The notes: generated by a model not told the origin, from the letters alone. Positions 47,825 through 60,572 are shown, numbered from the stretch's first letter. The stretch is DNA of 64,000 nucleotides from Basidiobolus meristosporus CBS 931.73 (GCA_002104905.1 MCFE01000504.1:1505-65504), one strand, 5' to 3'. Program-made: numbers and translations.

Positions 47825-48796
47825 CTAAGTACAGCCTGAGAGGCTATCTGAAATAGCATCTATGTACTCTGTTGATTGTGAGCTTGACAGTCTTTCTATC
47901 CAATGGGAGATCCCATCTGCGATCCGGAACAAGGTCCCTCCATCCTGGGCATCCTTCAAATTCTGTCTATAGAGACAACCGAACGTTTCTAGCGCTGGCT
48001 CGGTAACATCTATGAAGACGGTGAATTCAGCATCCAACGAGCAGAAAGGCAGGAATCTTCCCTTCCTGTTCTCGTCAGAGAATCCTTCAGGTGATACCTC
48101 CTTGAGGTGGGCCAGTTCAAGTGTCCAAAGCTCTCCATTTTCACGTAGTTCTTTGATGCCGTGGAAGCTGAACTTCTCCGACTTGAAGAGCGCATGAAAA
48201 AAAGGAGCGAAATGCACTAGGAATTGAACATAACTTAGTGGGAGATGTACTTGTTTGTTGCGATATTGGAAGAAGCCGAAATCTTGAAGTTTAGGGCCTA
48301 CGTAAAATAGGTTTCCTCCATACTCAGCGGTGGTTTTTGTTACAGGAGAAGGAAAGTAACTGTCAGTCAGGAGTATCCTATCCTCGGGGAATTGATGCAT
48401 GTATCGCTGAACAAAAGTCTTCATCAGTTTGCCAAGATGGAGCTGCTCATTGCCTATCTTCCAAAACAGGCGAGTCATCACGGCAACCTCACTCACTCCA
48501 CTTGACACAAAGTCCGGAATGCCTAAGCGTAGAGGAAACCAGCTCATGCTCTTCGGAGGGGGCATATTCGGTAGATCCAGGTCATCCTCTTTGCTTACCG
48601 GCTGTAATAAGATATCGTGGTGTTGAGCAAGTAAACCCAGACACAAGCGACGCCCCGAGGTTCGCTCCATGTCGGCGTTGATTAGCTCTCTCAAGCTCGC
48701 GTCAACTACCCCCAATGCATGCCAAGAGGGCGCTGGAAGATACTCTAGTACTCTGCACCATAGTTCGACTGGAAGGAGGTGTAAAAGACGAGACAT
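47825..48796 (-). CDS. F-box protein with a C-terminal SMI1/KNR4 (SUKH)-like domain
   Basis: N-terminal LLHLLPVELWCRVLEYLP F-box; C-terminal LPLSYVQFL..FLPFC..VFIDVT..FGCLY..IADGISHWIERL pattern; single 323-aa ORF. Confidence 0.75.
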   Translation of the reverse strand: MSRLLHLLPVELWCRVLEYLPAPSWHALGVVDASLRELINADMERTSGRRLCLGLLAQHHDILLQPVSKEDDLDLPNMPPPKSMSWFPLRLGIPDFVSSGVSEVAVMTRLFWKIGNEQLHLGKLMKTFVQRYMHQFPEDRILLTDSYFPSPVTKTTAEYGGNLFYVGPKLQDFGFFQYRNKQVHLPLSYVQFLVHFAPFFHALFKSEKFSFHGIKELRENGELWTLELAHLKEVSPEGFSDENRKGRFLPFCSLDAEFTVFIDVTEPALETFGCLYRQNLKDAQDGGTLFRIADGISHWIERLSSSQSTEYIDAISDSLSGCT

Positions 48797-50027
48797 TGAT
48801 TAGAAGGCACAAGCAGTTCACCAATGCCGATGCAATACCAATTTATTAGAAGTTTTTTGAGGCCAAGATCATCTAATGCAGCCCTTTCCTGGGAAACAAG
48901 CCTGTTAGGATCTAAATATAGCAATCCTCGCGAGCTGCTGCGATCAGTGTCGGTTTGAAGAAACAGTACCAGATGCTTTCGGTGTGTCACCAAAACGCTC
49001 ACAGGTACCCGTTTGATCCTGAGTATCTTGGCACCGTACGCAGTCAACAGTTGCTGAAGCCCATATTTGTGCCTTTTAGCGTAAATCCGATTTCATACTG
49101 AGCCACTTAATCCAATGGCGGTTGATCTGAACTCCCCCATGATTGGCCAACCTGACAGCATTCTCAAACGTTCTGGGATAGTTGCCTTGGTGACCCAAAG
49201 CTAATCACCCTTAAAGCACCATATATTCCGCTCTGCCTCAGATGCCTCTGGATCAATAATATCGATCTTACTGGGCTCCTCGGCAGATTTCTTGCCTCAG
49301 ATGAGATTATACTATCAAGACTTGCGCATGGATAGATGCAGAGTTGGAGTCAACTAGGTTTGGTGCTCGGATGGTATCTTGCCGTTACAACATCTCTGGA
49401 ATGTATACCAAAGGTAGGCAGGGGCTTGGTTAGCTCTGGAGTGGACATCCTGGAAATAGCTTACAGAACCGCTGCTGCCCATACTTGTTTGAGCTTCTGC
49501 GGCGGCCAAAATATTGACATTGGTAAGTTCAGGTGAGCGGAACACCAGGTGGGAAATGGTGAAACTCATTACTGGCACTGATCTATTATGGAATGAACTA
49601 CTCAACTATGATAGATGGTGCCAATATTCGTCTCGCTTTCACTGGCTTTTTTGGCAAAGGTCTTGGGGTTGTGATGGATATTCCATTGGTCGGATGCTTC
49701 TTTGACAACTTGGTGTATCTCCTGGACAGTAGCAACAGACACGGACCTAAATGTCGGGTTATATGGCTTGCTTGTTGATCATGTTCCCTGGCACGCCAAA
49801 TATTCCAGCTCTGTTTCCGTTGTGTGTAAGGCACATCAACACTGGATTCAAGGACTGGCAAGCCACAACTCTATTGGTGCGAGTTACCAATACATATTGT
49901 TTTGTAGATTAAAAAGACTTGTATGGTCTAAGTTGTATAAATATTGAGATAACCATATTATATGTCATGGTAGAGTGAATCTCTTTGAGAAAAACCCCTG
50001 AAAGGTATGTGCCAGCTTACAGTCCAT

Positions 50028-50377
50028 TGTGCAGTAAATTTCATAATTATACCTATATATTCACTTAACTTGGTCAGTTAGATTGGGGTCTACAAACTCT
50101 AGAGAATTCTACCCAGATTCCTTGTTGGGATTGACTTGGAATACTTTCACCAGAATATCAGGTGTCCAGAACATAAAAAATCTCAGAGTTGTCCCAGCAG
50201 CCCCAAACTTTGCACACATGTTCTTGGGACCTTCCTAAACACATCCTATGACCTTGCTTTGCCAAGTACATGTAAAAGTACAAATACTACTTTTACATTC
50301 AGTAAATTGTTGAATGAAAACCACATAACTTGTTTGTTCTCCCAGCCAGTTTCAGTATCTTCATAACTCTTGCAACA
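50028..50377 (+). repeat. Degraded copia solo LTR
   Basis: Colinear with 55068-55416; ends CTCTTGCAACA. Confidence 0.8.
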
Positions 50378-50688
50378 AATTGAACATGCTTGTAAACTGT
50401 GATAGCCTTAAATGGACCCACTGTATTTTATTGTATATCCAGAGTTTACACCCAACCCATTTGTATTCAAGATAACTTGACTTAGCTTATTGCTAAGTCA
50501 TGAGAACCTTACATGTGACATTGTTTGTAAGATATTGGCTAATTCTTAGGATCTGTATAAGCCTGGAAGCTATCAGTATTCTGAAACTTATCTAAAGGCC
50601 CCAAACCTTGAGCACAGCTCCCTGTGAGCTTTCTGAAAACATTAGTACCATTGGCTTTACAAAGCTCACCTAAAAGTAAGAATATGTT

Positions 50689-51028
50689 TGTTGTAAAAGT
50701 CTTAGAGTCATTGTAAGTGCTTGGGAGAACAAGTAGACTGTATGGTATGACTCAGTGATTTATTGAATGTAAAGTATTATTTATACTTTCACATATTCCT
50801 GGCAAACAGCACAAAGGGTATGCTATGGAAGATACCCAGAGCATGTGTGCAGAGTTGGGGGCTGTTTGGACAACTCTGAGATATTTATGCTCTGGGTACC
50901 TGATGCTTTGGTGAAAAGATTTTCAGTAAATCCCAATAAGGAATTCAAAAAGAAATCTTTAAGATTTGTGGACACAATTTTTGTGACAAACCGCAGTGAG
51001 TATTTAGGTTCAATTATAAAATTCACAA
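50689..51028 (-). repeat. Degraded copia solo LTR, inverted
   Basis: Reverse complement aligns with the copia LTR (GGGAGAACAAGTAG, GGGGCTGTTTGGACAACT, GAGTATTTAGG). Confidence 0.75.
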
Positions 51029-51870
51029 TGTACCTAATCAACTAAATACTTATATCAAGTATACCTAAATGTAGTCCAAGATGTGCAATATTGTCTTTTG
51101 CTAATGGTATTGCGAGTATATCTACCATTGGTTGATTTGTGTGGCAGTGAGCTAGGTAAGATAAACAACTGTATATAGGTTCCCTGATGAGATGATATTT
51201 AATACTTACATGCATAGCTCTAGCATAAGTCTGATTTCTACCTAGTTTTATACATTGCAGCTTATCCTGAAATACAGCAGTAGGGTGTTTTGATATGAAC
51301 TCAAATCCTTGAAGAGTTTCCTTAGTCAGAATACTTCCTTTGTAGCCTTATACACTGCCATACATTTCATCACTTTGCTGGTAGGTGCTATAGTTGGCTG
51401 CTTTCTTAAATTCCATCAGATTTCTCCTTTACAGTAAAGAGAGGTGTATCCTGTGGTGGATCATCTGTCTTGTAAATTTTGTCTCCAATTAGCAGTAAAA
51501 TATTCCAAATTATCTTCTTCTGAGTCCTTATGAGTGTACTTTGATCAGATATTGGCAGCACCTTTTATGTGTATAATAATCTGCTCAACTGCTGATATAT
51601 GATCAGATCCAGAGTTCTGATTAAATCGGCTGATAACTCCCACTGAAAATGAAATATATGGTAATGCACCTAGCATGGTATACACTAAGCTGACAATAAT
51701 AGATAGATAATGCATTTGATAGCATCGCGGCTAACATCCTCTATTGTTATATGATCCGATCTGGCCATTTGGTAGAAATACTAGAGCGTAGCAGACGATA
51801 CATTTTGGAAGCCATAGTCATCGATGATTATATACAATAGAGGAAATTATTTATAGTTTGAGGATGATGG

Positions 51871-52034
51871 GCAGGAGGCGGCGCGTAGCGCTCACTTCCC
51901 ACAAACAAAAATTTAAAAGTCGAGACACCCCGAAGGATATTCGCGTTAAAGACCCTGAGGCGCTGTGCAATGCTCAAGCTCTAAAACGAACAGTCCGCCT
52001 ACTTGATCGCGAACTGTCCCTGCCAGGTAAGTAT
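51871..52034 (-). ncRNA. U1: U1 spliceosomal snRNA
   Basis: Starts ATACTTACCTGG; stem-loop I with GATCAAGTAG loop, stem-loop II with CATTGCAC loop, CTCGAC, Sm site AAATTTTTG, terminal hairpin; 164 nt. Confidence 0.95.
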
Positions 52035-53054
52035 GACTGGTCGTTATATTCATCAAAGTGTTATATGTGATACAGCCGGCTATAAGCAGTTATGGGATAA
52101 GATTCTAAAATGAGCACCGATTATGGTGTGCCGAGCCCTAAGCACGCATGAACAAGTATCAAGAAGCATCTAGGTCATACTCATACGTTCTGCCAATAGT
52201 CCAAACCCTGTGAGTTCCACCTGCTTCATTCATACTCATGTTGAAGTTATGAGTGAGATGGCCAAAACTGACCTGAAGAGCCCGACACTCCGCATCCATC
52301 TCTCCATAACATTCAAGAACATAATCAAAAAGCATTGAATACCACTGACAACAGTCCCATTTTACTTACATTGTTGATTGCGAGATGGAACGATCAAATT
52401 AATTCTCGATTCTACCGGTAATTCCGGTTAGATCAGAGAGTGTGATCGGCTGAATATAATCATTCAAGAAATCATCGACTATTCTCCATACCACTACCGA
52501 GCTTCACTCCAAACTTGAGGCAAACAATGGCATAAATTCTGAGGGGGGGACAGGTGCAATCTTCCTAGTATTCGTTGATCACTAGGCCTCGCAGTCACCG
52601 TTGTATAAAGGCATCTACGACCGGGATAAATGTGGCTATGAAAATAGGAATCACCTGTGCAAGTGTATATTAGCTTGTGCTTTATTTGTCCGCTTCCACT
52701 ATCAGCGAATCTGAACAGTTGTCACGTATAGCGAGTGCGATGGAGCAATATCGTTATAGCCAAGCATAAATACAGGTAGCTCACAAGAGCCTGATAAGAG
52801 TCATACCAGTATCGAACTTGAATTCCAAGTAATGGTGAGTTGATCCTACGTCTCCAACCGGGTCAGATAAACCTGTTTGTGTACTTCAGCGTGACACGTG
52901 CGAATCCATCAGATACAGTTTCCCAAATGGTGCACTCAGCACTTTGCCAAAATGGTTATATTTACATTGTACCACCAGTACGTTGTGGTTAATTCTTCAT
53001 ATAAATAAGCCTTCCTGTGTTCCAAGATTGACCATCCAAAAACATCTATATACA

Positions 53055-54356
53055 ATGAGGCTCAATTCTCCTATGATGCAGGTCATATTAGTTGGCTTTG
53101 CATGCTTCTGCTGCCCTGGTATGTACAATGTAATCAACAGTCTAGGTGCCGGAGGACAAATGGATGACAACACTACCAAGAATGGTAATGTTGCTCTTTA
53201 TGCTTGCTTCTCAGTATTTGGCGTGTTTGGTGGGGCTATCCATAATGTCCTTGGTGGGCGTTGGACTATGGTCAGCGGTGGTCTCACATACGCACTCTAC
53301 TCCGGCTCTCTGGTATACTATAGCAACACCAAAGAGCCTACCTTTGTCATTGTTGCCAGCGCAATTCTAGGTATTGGTGCTGGCATGTTCTGGACTGCTC
53401 AAGGTACAATCATGATGTCTTATCCTTCCGAAAACCAGAAAGGCCGTGCAGTCGGAATCTTCTGGATTATTTTCAATATGGGCGCCGTTCTCGGTTCATT
53501 CATTCCCTTTGGCCTCAACTTCCATTCCTCAGCTGGCCAGGTGAGCACCGCTACCTACTATGTATTGATGGCTCTTATGGTTATTGGCGCTCTGCTCGGC
53601 TTGGGTCTAATTCCCCCCGAAAAGGTGGTGCGCGAGGATGGTTCCCGCGTGCAAGTCTCCAAATTCGAGAATGTAGGTGGAGAGGTTATTGAGATCCTGA
53701 AGCTATTCAAGAACAAGAATATGCTCCTGCTCCTACCCTTGTGTGTCACTTCCAACTGGTTCTACTCATATCAGTTCGGCGCTGTAAATGGGGTTCTATT
53801 CAATGTTCGCACCCGGTCCTTCAACAGTGCCTTCTACTGGGGTGCTCAAATGATTGGCGCCTATGGGGTAGGCCTGTTGCTTGATAATCCTAAGCTTCAC
53901 CGTCGCACTCGTGCCTTGTACGGACTAGCTCTGGTGACTATCCTAACCTTGATCATATGGGGCGGTGGTCTTGGTCTTCAGGTACAATACACCCGGGAAG
54001 ACCATCCTAAAGATATTGATTTCATCAACGGCCCCGGATGGGGAGGCAAGTTTGTCTTGTACCTGTTCTACGGCTTTCTGGATGCCGTCCTACAAACCTA
54101 CGCTTATTGGCTGATGGGTGCCCTCTCTAATGACAGCCATGTCCTTGCTCGTTATGCTGGATACTACAAAGGACTTCAATCTGCAGGAGCGGCTATTGCC
54201 TGGGATATTGATGCCAAGAATACTCCTTTCTTGACACAGCTCATCATCAACTGGGTGCTATGCACAGCCTCTCTTCCTTTTGCTTACCTTGTGGCAAGAG
54301 GGGTCAAGGATACTTCAGAAGAAGATGGTGAAAAGATCGAGATGGAGAAATCCTAG
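53055..54356 (+). CDS. UNC93-like MFS membrane protein (DUF895 type)
   Basis: QVILVGFACFCCPGMYN..GAGG, GAGMFWTAQG, YPSENQKGRA, WFYSYQF, YWLMGALSND, GYYKGLQSAGAA; many TM helices; ATG at 53055 preferred over the upstream TTG. Confidence 0.9.
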   Translation: MRLNSPMMQVILVGFACFCCPGMYNVINSLGAGGQMDDNTTKNGNVALYACFSVFGVFGGAIHNVLGGRWTMVSGGLTYALYSGSLVYYSNTKEPTFVIVASAILGIGAGMFWTAQGTIMMSYPSENQKGRAVGIFWIIFNMGAVLGSFIPFGLNFHSSAGQVSTATYYVLMALMVIGALLGLGLIPPEKVVREDGSRVQVSKFENVGGEVIEILKLFKNKNMLLLLPLCVTSNWFYSYQFGAVNGVLFNVRTRSFNSAFYWGAQMIGAYGVGLLLDNPKLHRRTRALYGLALVTILTLIIWGGGLGLQVQYTREDHPKDIDFINGPGWGGKFVLYLFYGFLDAVLQTYAYWLMGALSNDSHVLARYAGYYKGLQSAGAAIAWDIDAKNTPFLTQLIINWVLCTASLPFAYLVARGVKDTSEEDGEKIEMEKS

Positions 54357-55067
54357 CCAAATATACGCTCTTGCATCAACGTTACGGCAATTTACTTAAT
54401 TTAGTTCAATAAACCGAAATGACTATATAGTCTTGAATGTTGATCAATGAATATACATAGACATCCTTCATTCTTACATTATAGAGAGTAGTTTGAGGTA
54501 ATTGTAAGATTTGGTGTAGATATTCAATATATATGTACTCTGTCTTTATACTATCTATTGCATTCAGAGCTAACTATACAGTCAAATTACCAAGTTTACA
54601 CTTATACAATTATCAAGTTGAAGCTAGGTATTTATGCTGCTACTTAAGCTTGCAGTCTTCATACAACTTTCAGTATCCTACTTCTTTGTATTATCTATAA
54701 TTGCTTACATCCACTTGCTTATGCAAGATATTTTCATCAAAGTAAGGGGTATGCCAAGTTGCCCAAGTGCCTTCATGCAATATATGTACACTATTTAGCT
54801 CCTCCTGACTGCATTCAAAGTGTTAGTGCTATAGTCAAGATTACAAAAAGCTACAAATTGCTTGCAAATGTAGCATTTGTAAATAAACCTTTGGTGGCAG
54901 GGTTGGGGGAGGAAGAAAGTTTCCAATTGGTGAAGTCTTTAATTGCTGAATAAAGATATATACATATGCCAATTTGACTGGCAGTTATTCTGCAAAAGCT
55001 AGGTTGGACAGATATTGTCCTGGGAAGCTATTTCTGAGTGTGAGAAGCAGAGTAATATTGTAATTCC

Positions 55068-58000
55068 TGTTGTAAAAATTGGTAATTCCACCTAAATACT
55101 CACCTAACTTAGTCATTTAGATCATTACCTTCAAATCCTAGAGAATACTGACCAAATTCCTTGTTGGGATTTACTTGGAATATTTTCACCAAAATACCAG
55201 GTACCCAGAACATGAAAATTCTCAAAGTTGTCCAAACAGCCCCAAACTTTGCTCACATGTTCTTGGGACCTTCCTTAACCTATTCTACATGTTTGTAATG
55301 CCAAGACCAGGTAAAAGTATAAATACTACTTTTACATTCAATAAATCATCAAGTGAAAACCACATAATCTACTTGTTCTCCCAATCACTTCCAATATCTC
55401 CAAGACTCTTACAACAGGTTATGAGCCCCAAGCTGTCACTCTCTGCAATGTCTACTACTGCTATTACTGGAATTTTTCCCTCTGCTGAAAAGTTGGATGG
55501 ATCTAACTACCAAGTGTGGAAGGTGAAGATGAAGATGCTGCTACAAGAAAGAGGCCTTTGGGATATTGTCATGGGAGAAGAATGCCCTCCCAAAAATGTG
55601 CGAGAGGAAGCCTTAAAGTACCAGAAGAAAGAACAAAGTGCCTTTAACTGCATTTGCCTCAATGTCAAGGACAAATTGCTAATTCAATGCTCAAGAGCAA
55701 AAACGGCAAAGAATGCCTGGAAGGCATTAGAAGACACCTACCAGTCATGTTCAGCTGCCAAGAAAATGTATCTGAGACGAAAATTCTTTACTACAAAGAT
55801 GCTGCCAGGAGAAGAAATGAAAAATCTAATTAACAGAATTACCCTGCTGGTAGATGAGATGGAATCTGTGGGTGTACCAACTACTGATGAGGATGTGATA
55901 GTTGCCATCCTGAATAGCCTGACAGATGAGATGCAGGGCCTTGTATCAGCCCTAGAGTCCAGAACTGAAGATTTGACCTTAAGTTACATACATGGAAGGC
56001 TCCTGGATGAAGAATTAAGAAAATCAAGCGCCAATAAGAAGGAAGAAGAAAATGCTTTAATAAGCAATGATAACCAACAAAGGAGGTACCCAAGACCCTA
56101 CAAAGGCAACAGCAACCTGTTTTGTAATTACTGCAAAAGGAAAGGACACACATCAGACCGGTGTCTCAAAACAAGGATAATCAACAAAAGAAGCCTGAAT
56201 ATGGAAATGCTGCAACAACTGAAGATAGACTATTCATATCTGCACTAAATATGACCACAAACAAGGATTCTCAGACGTGGTATATTGACTATGGAGCTTC
56301 TCAACACTTTACACACCAAAAAGAACTTTTACCCAATATCAAGAAATTCCAATTAAGAAGGTTTTCATGGGTGATGATAGAACACTTGATGCAGTGGGAG
56401 AAGGAACTATCCAAGTAAACCTTAGAAGCAGTGAAGGAAGCCATACACTGACCTTGAAAGAAGTACTCTATGTACCAGAAATAGCCAAGAACCTACTCTC
56501 TGTAAGCAAGGCCACAGCAGAAGGACTCAGTTTCAGTTTTGACAATTCTGGATGCAGGATCACTGATCAAAATGGTGCCCATATTGCTTTGGGCATCAGA
56601 GATCAGAATCTATACAAGTTGACTTATATTCCATCATATCTGGAAGCCAATATAAGTACCTTAAGTGAAGAAACACCAATGCTTTGGCACAGGAGATTTG
56701 GACACATCAATTTTGATTATTTGCGTAAAATGATCAAAGATCAGTTAATTTCTGGAGTGAAAATTGGTCCCCCAGCTAATTTGGAGCACTGTGAAGCCTG
56801 CATATATGGGAACAAGCCAGACAACCGTTCAAGAGCTCTGGGTTAATCAAAACTAAGAAAAAATTAGATCTAATTCACTCAGATCTGTGTGGACCTAAGC
56901 AAAATTTATCCATAGGTGGGATGAAGTATTTAATCACTTTGATTGATGATTATACAAGATACACATGGGTTTACCTCATGGAGAGAAAGGAAGAAGCTCT
57001 GTCTAAGTTCAGGGAGTTTAAAGCCATGGTGGAGAGAGAAACTGGTGAAAAAATCAAGAAAATACACTCTGACAACGGTGGAGAATATACCTCAACACTC
57101 TTCATCCACTTCTGCAAAATTCATGGGATAAAGCCAGAGACTACTGTACCATATTCCCCACAGCAAAATGGAGTAGTAGAACAACCTAACAGATCAATAA
57201 TTGATATGGCAAGATCTATGATCCATGATCAAAAATTATCCTAAGATTTTTGGGTGGAATCAGTTGCCACCGCTGTATACCTTAAAAAACAGGAGTTATA
57301 ACAGAATACTTTGTGATTCTACTCCATTTAAAGCATGGTATGGATACAGACCAAGTGCAGAACATCTAAAAATATTTGGGCGTACAGCATATGCCAAAAA
57401 ACTGGCCGGAAATCAGTCTAAATTTGAGCCAAAAAGTGTAATATGCATATTTTTGGGCTACTGCAATGAGAGTAAGGCATACAGACTCTACAGTACCAAA
57501 GCAAAGAAGCTGATCAAGTCCAGGGATGTGTTGTTTGATGAAAATTCAAAATTTTCACAAAAAATGACATCAGATGATGACAAAAATTTGATCTCAAGTC
57601 CACTAATTGTCAGCATTGAATCAGAGCAAAACAATGAAAGTTTTTTCACTCCAGAGGACTCTACAACCGTGGTTCAGCCAGAATCAGTGCCCAGGAATAT
57701 CCCAGAAGTGATCATTCCAGTATTAAATGCCCGGAGATCCAATTGGACAAGAAATGGCCCAAATTACTATATCAATGAGGGTACAAACTTAGCCTATGCC
57801 TATTCAGTCCATGTTGATGAACCCCAGACTGTAAAAGAGGCCCTAAGTAGCCCTCAGATAAAGTCTTGGAGATCTGCAATGACTGAGGAATATCAGGCCC
57901 TGATGGAAAATCAAACTTGGGACTTAGTCAAATTACCAATCAACCAAAAATCAATTGGATGCAGATGGGTCTTTGAGACAAAATACAAAGCTGATGGTAC

Positions 58001-59749
58001 AATTGAAAGATACAAAGCAAGACTTGTAGCCAAAGGATACTCTCAAACAAAAGGACTTGACTATACTGAGACCTTTGCACTGGTAGCCAAGTTTAATTCC
58101 ATCAGATTAATATTGGCTATTGCAGCCAAATATAAGTTTTTTATTCATCAAATGGATGTAAAAACTGCATTTTTGAATGGAGAACTTGATGAGGACGTGT
58201 ATATGGGCCAGCCTGATGGGTTTGTTGACCAAGATAACCCCCATTTGGTCTGCAAGCTTAAAAAGTCACTATATGGTCTCAAACAATCACCAAGAGCCTG
58301 GAATTGCAAGATAGATTCTAATTTGGAATCCTTGAGTTTCAAGAGAAGTAATGCTGACTATAGTATATACTATAAGCCAGATAGAGCAAATCCAGTTCTA
58401 TTAGCTCTATATGTGGCTGATCTTATTATAGCCACCAATAACCTAGAAACATTGGAAGAGACTAAATCCAGCCTATCTAAGGAGTTCAAGATGTCTGATT
58501 TAGGAGAACTTAGTTACTACTTGGGGATTACATTCTCCATAGACAGAAGTACCCAGACTATTACCCTAAGCCAATCCAAGTATATTCAAGATATACTAAA
58601 GAAATACCAAATGGAAGACTGTAAACCGGCAGCTACCCCAATGGAGACAAGCCTTAACTTGGTCAAAACTCAACCAAATCAAGAGAGCTTGGTGCCATCT
58701 GAAAGCCCTGACTTTCCTTATCAATCTATGGCTGGCAGTCAGTGTATATCATGCTTGCAACACGTCCAGATATCTCATATTCAGTGGGAGTTGTCAGCCA
58801 ACATAATCAGAACTATGGATCTGATCATATTGCAGCAGTTGAGCGGATTTTTAGATACCTAAAAGGAACTGCTGATATTTGCTTAAGATACAGTTATAAG
58901 GACTCAGAACAAGATCTTGTGGGATACTCTGATGCAGATTGGGGACAAAATTTAGAAGACAGAAGATCCACCACAGGATACACCTTTCTTTACTGTAAAG
59001 GAGCAATATCATGGGATTCAAGAAAGCAACCAACCGTAGCACTTTCCACCACAGAGGCAGAGTATATAGCAGCCTGTGAAGCTAAAAAAGAAGCAATGTG
59101 GTTAAGAAAGCTTTTTACAGATTTAGGCCTATGTCAAAAAACGCCTATTAGTGTATTTCAAGATAATCAAGGATGTATACAATTAGGTAGAAATCCAACT
59201 TTTCATGCTAGAACCAAGCACATAGATATTAGAAATCATTTCATACGTGAAGCTATAGAGAATAACTTAGTCAGCTTAGTTTACTGTCCTACAGATGAAA
59301 TGATTGCAGACATATTTACCAAACCACTAGCTAGAGACAAGTTTGAATATCTTAGGTCAAAATTAGGACTAGTCAGTATGAGCATTTAGCTGAGTGGGGG
59401 TGTTGTAAGAATTTGTAATTCCACCTAAATATTCACCTAGCTTAGTCACTTAGATCATTACCTTCAAATCCTAGAGAATACTCACCAAATTCCTTGTCCG
59501 GATTTACTTAGAATATTTTCACCAAAATACCAGGTACTCAGAACATGAAAATTCTCAAAGTTGTCCAAACAGCCCCAAACTTTGCACACATGTTCTTGGG
59601 ACCTTCCTTAACCTATTCTACATGTTTGTAATGCCACGACCAGGTAAAAGTATAAATACTACTTTTACATTCAATAAATCATCAAGTGAAAACCACATAA
59701 TCTACTTGTTCTCCCAATCACTTCCAATATCTCCAAGACTCTTACAACA
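55068..59749 (+). mobile_element. Full-length Ty1/copia retrotransposon, frameshifted (LTRs 55068-55416 and 59401-59749)
   Basis: 349-bp LTRs TGTTGTAA..TTACAACA, 5-bp TSD ATTCC, PBS GGTTATGAGCCC, PPT TGAGTGGGGG; about 12 LTR differences by manual count. Confidence 0.97.
55421..59389 (+). pseudogene. Copia gag-pol (gag, protease, integrase, RT, RNase H) with several frameshifts
   Basis: KLDGSNYQVW, CNYCKRKGHTSDRC, WYIDYGASQH, WHRRFGH, DNGGEY, QQNGVVE, QMDVKTAFLNG, LYVADL, YSDADWG, KHIDIRNHF. Confidence 0.95.
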
Positions 59750-59941
59750 ATTCCTAGCCAGCTAGATCTGAGAGAGGTTTCCTGGAAAGCCAGATCTCAG
59801 AGGTCAAAATTGTGGGAGGGGGGAAGTTGTCATTCAGCCAAAGTAATAGTCTTAGCAAGTAGTTACAACAGTCACTTGGGATAAAAAAACAAGCCAGCTG
59901 AGAGTTTTTAATATCTTTAGCAAATCTACTGGTGTGAGTTC

Positions 59942-60538
59942 TGTTGGGCATCAACATTTAAAACTTGGCCAATTTCACTTTGTTAGAAAATCTAGTACCC
60001 TAACGGATTTTCCCTAACCCAAACATAACTAATCCCCGTTATGGTTTATTTTATCACTTCTTGCTATATATTTTTAGCTATCTCACCTGGTCAATTTTCA
60101 TGTGGTCATTACGTACTCAACTGATCTGCTAAGCCTTTCCAAGTGATTAGTCATCTGAGATTTATCCAACCATTTAGCAGTTGCCCAGACATCAGCTGAT
60201 TAATGATGGAATTTCTCATTTATCTTATGCACCTATGAACACCCCAACAGATTTCAATTAGTGCAGTCTCTTTGTGCTTACTAATGCAACTCAATCAGAA
60301 AAGTATAAATAAAGCTTACTGAACCTTTTGCTTTAGTGTGTGTCTCAATGAAATTAAGATTGTGCCTCAGCAAAATTAAGAATTCAACAGTTCCATTCTA
60401 GTTTCTGCCCAAGCCTAGCATATCTAGCACTCCCAAGAGCACCAAGCCTAGCCTGCATAGCAAGCCTACTCTGTTGCCTTTATAGCCCAACTAAGCTATA
60501 TTTAATACCAATATTAGACCAGAACCTCTCTGCTAATA
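59942..60538 (+). repeat. LTR family C, solo copy 2
   Basis: Colinear with 21868-22463; ends CTAATA; flanks GTTC / TTTC. Confidence 0.8.
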
Positions 60539-60572
60539 TTTCTGGCACTCTTGACAATTCTAAGGGTTAGGG

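Noticed and set aside
52944-53054. N-terminal extension of the UNC93-like ORF from TTG
   Set aside because: Family similarity starts at the ATG at 53055, which has a good ACAATG context.
55175-55420. First ~82 codons of the 357-aa ORF
   Set aside because: Read-through of LTR sequence; the same pseudo-ORF appears in the solo LTR at 50136.
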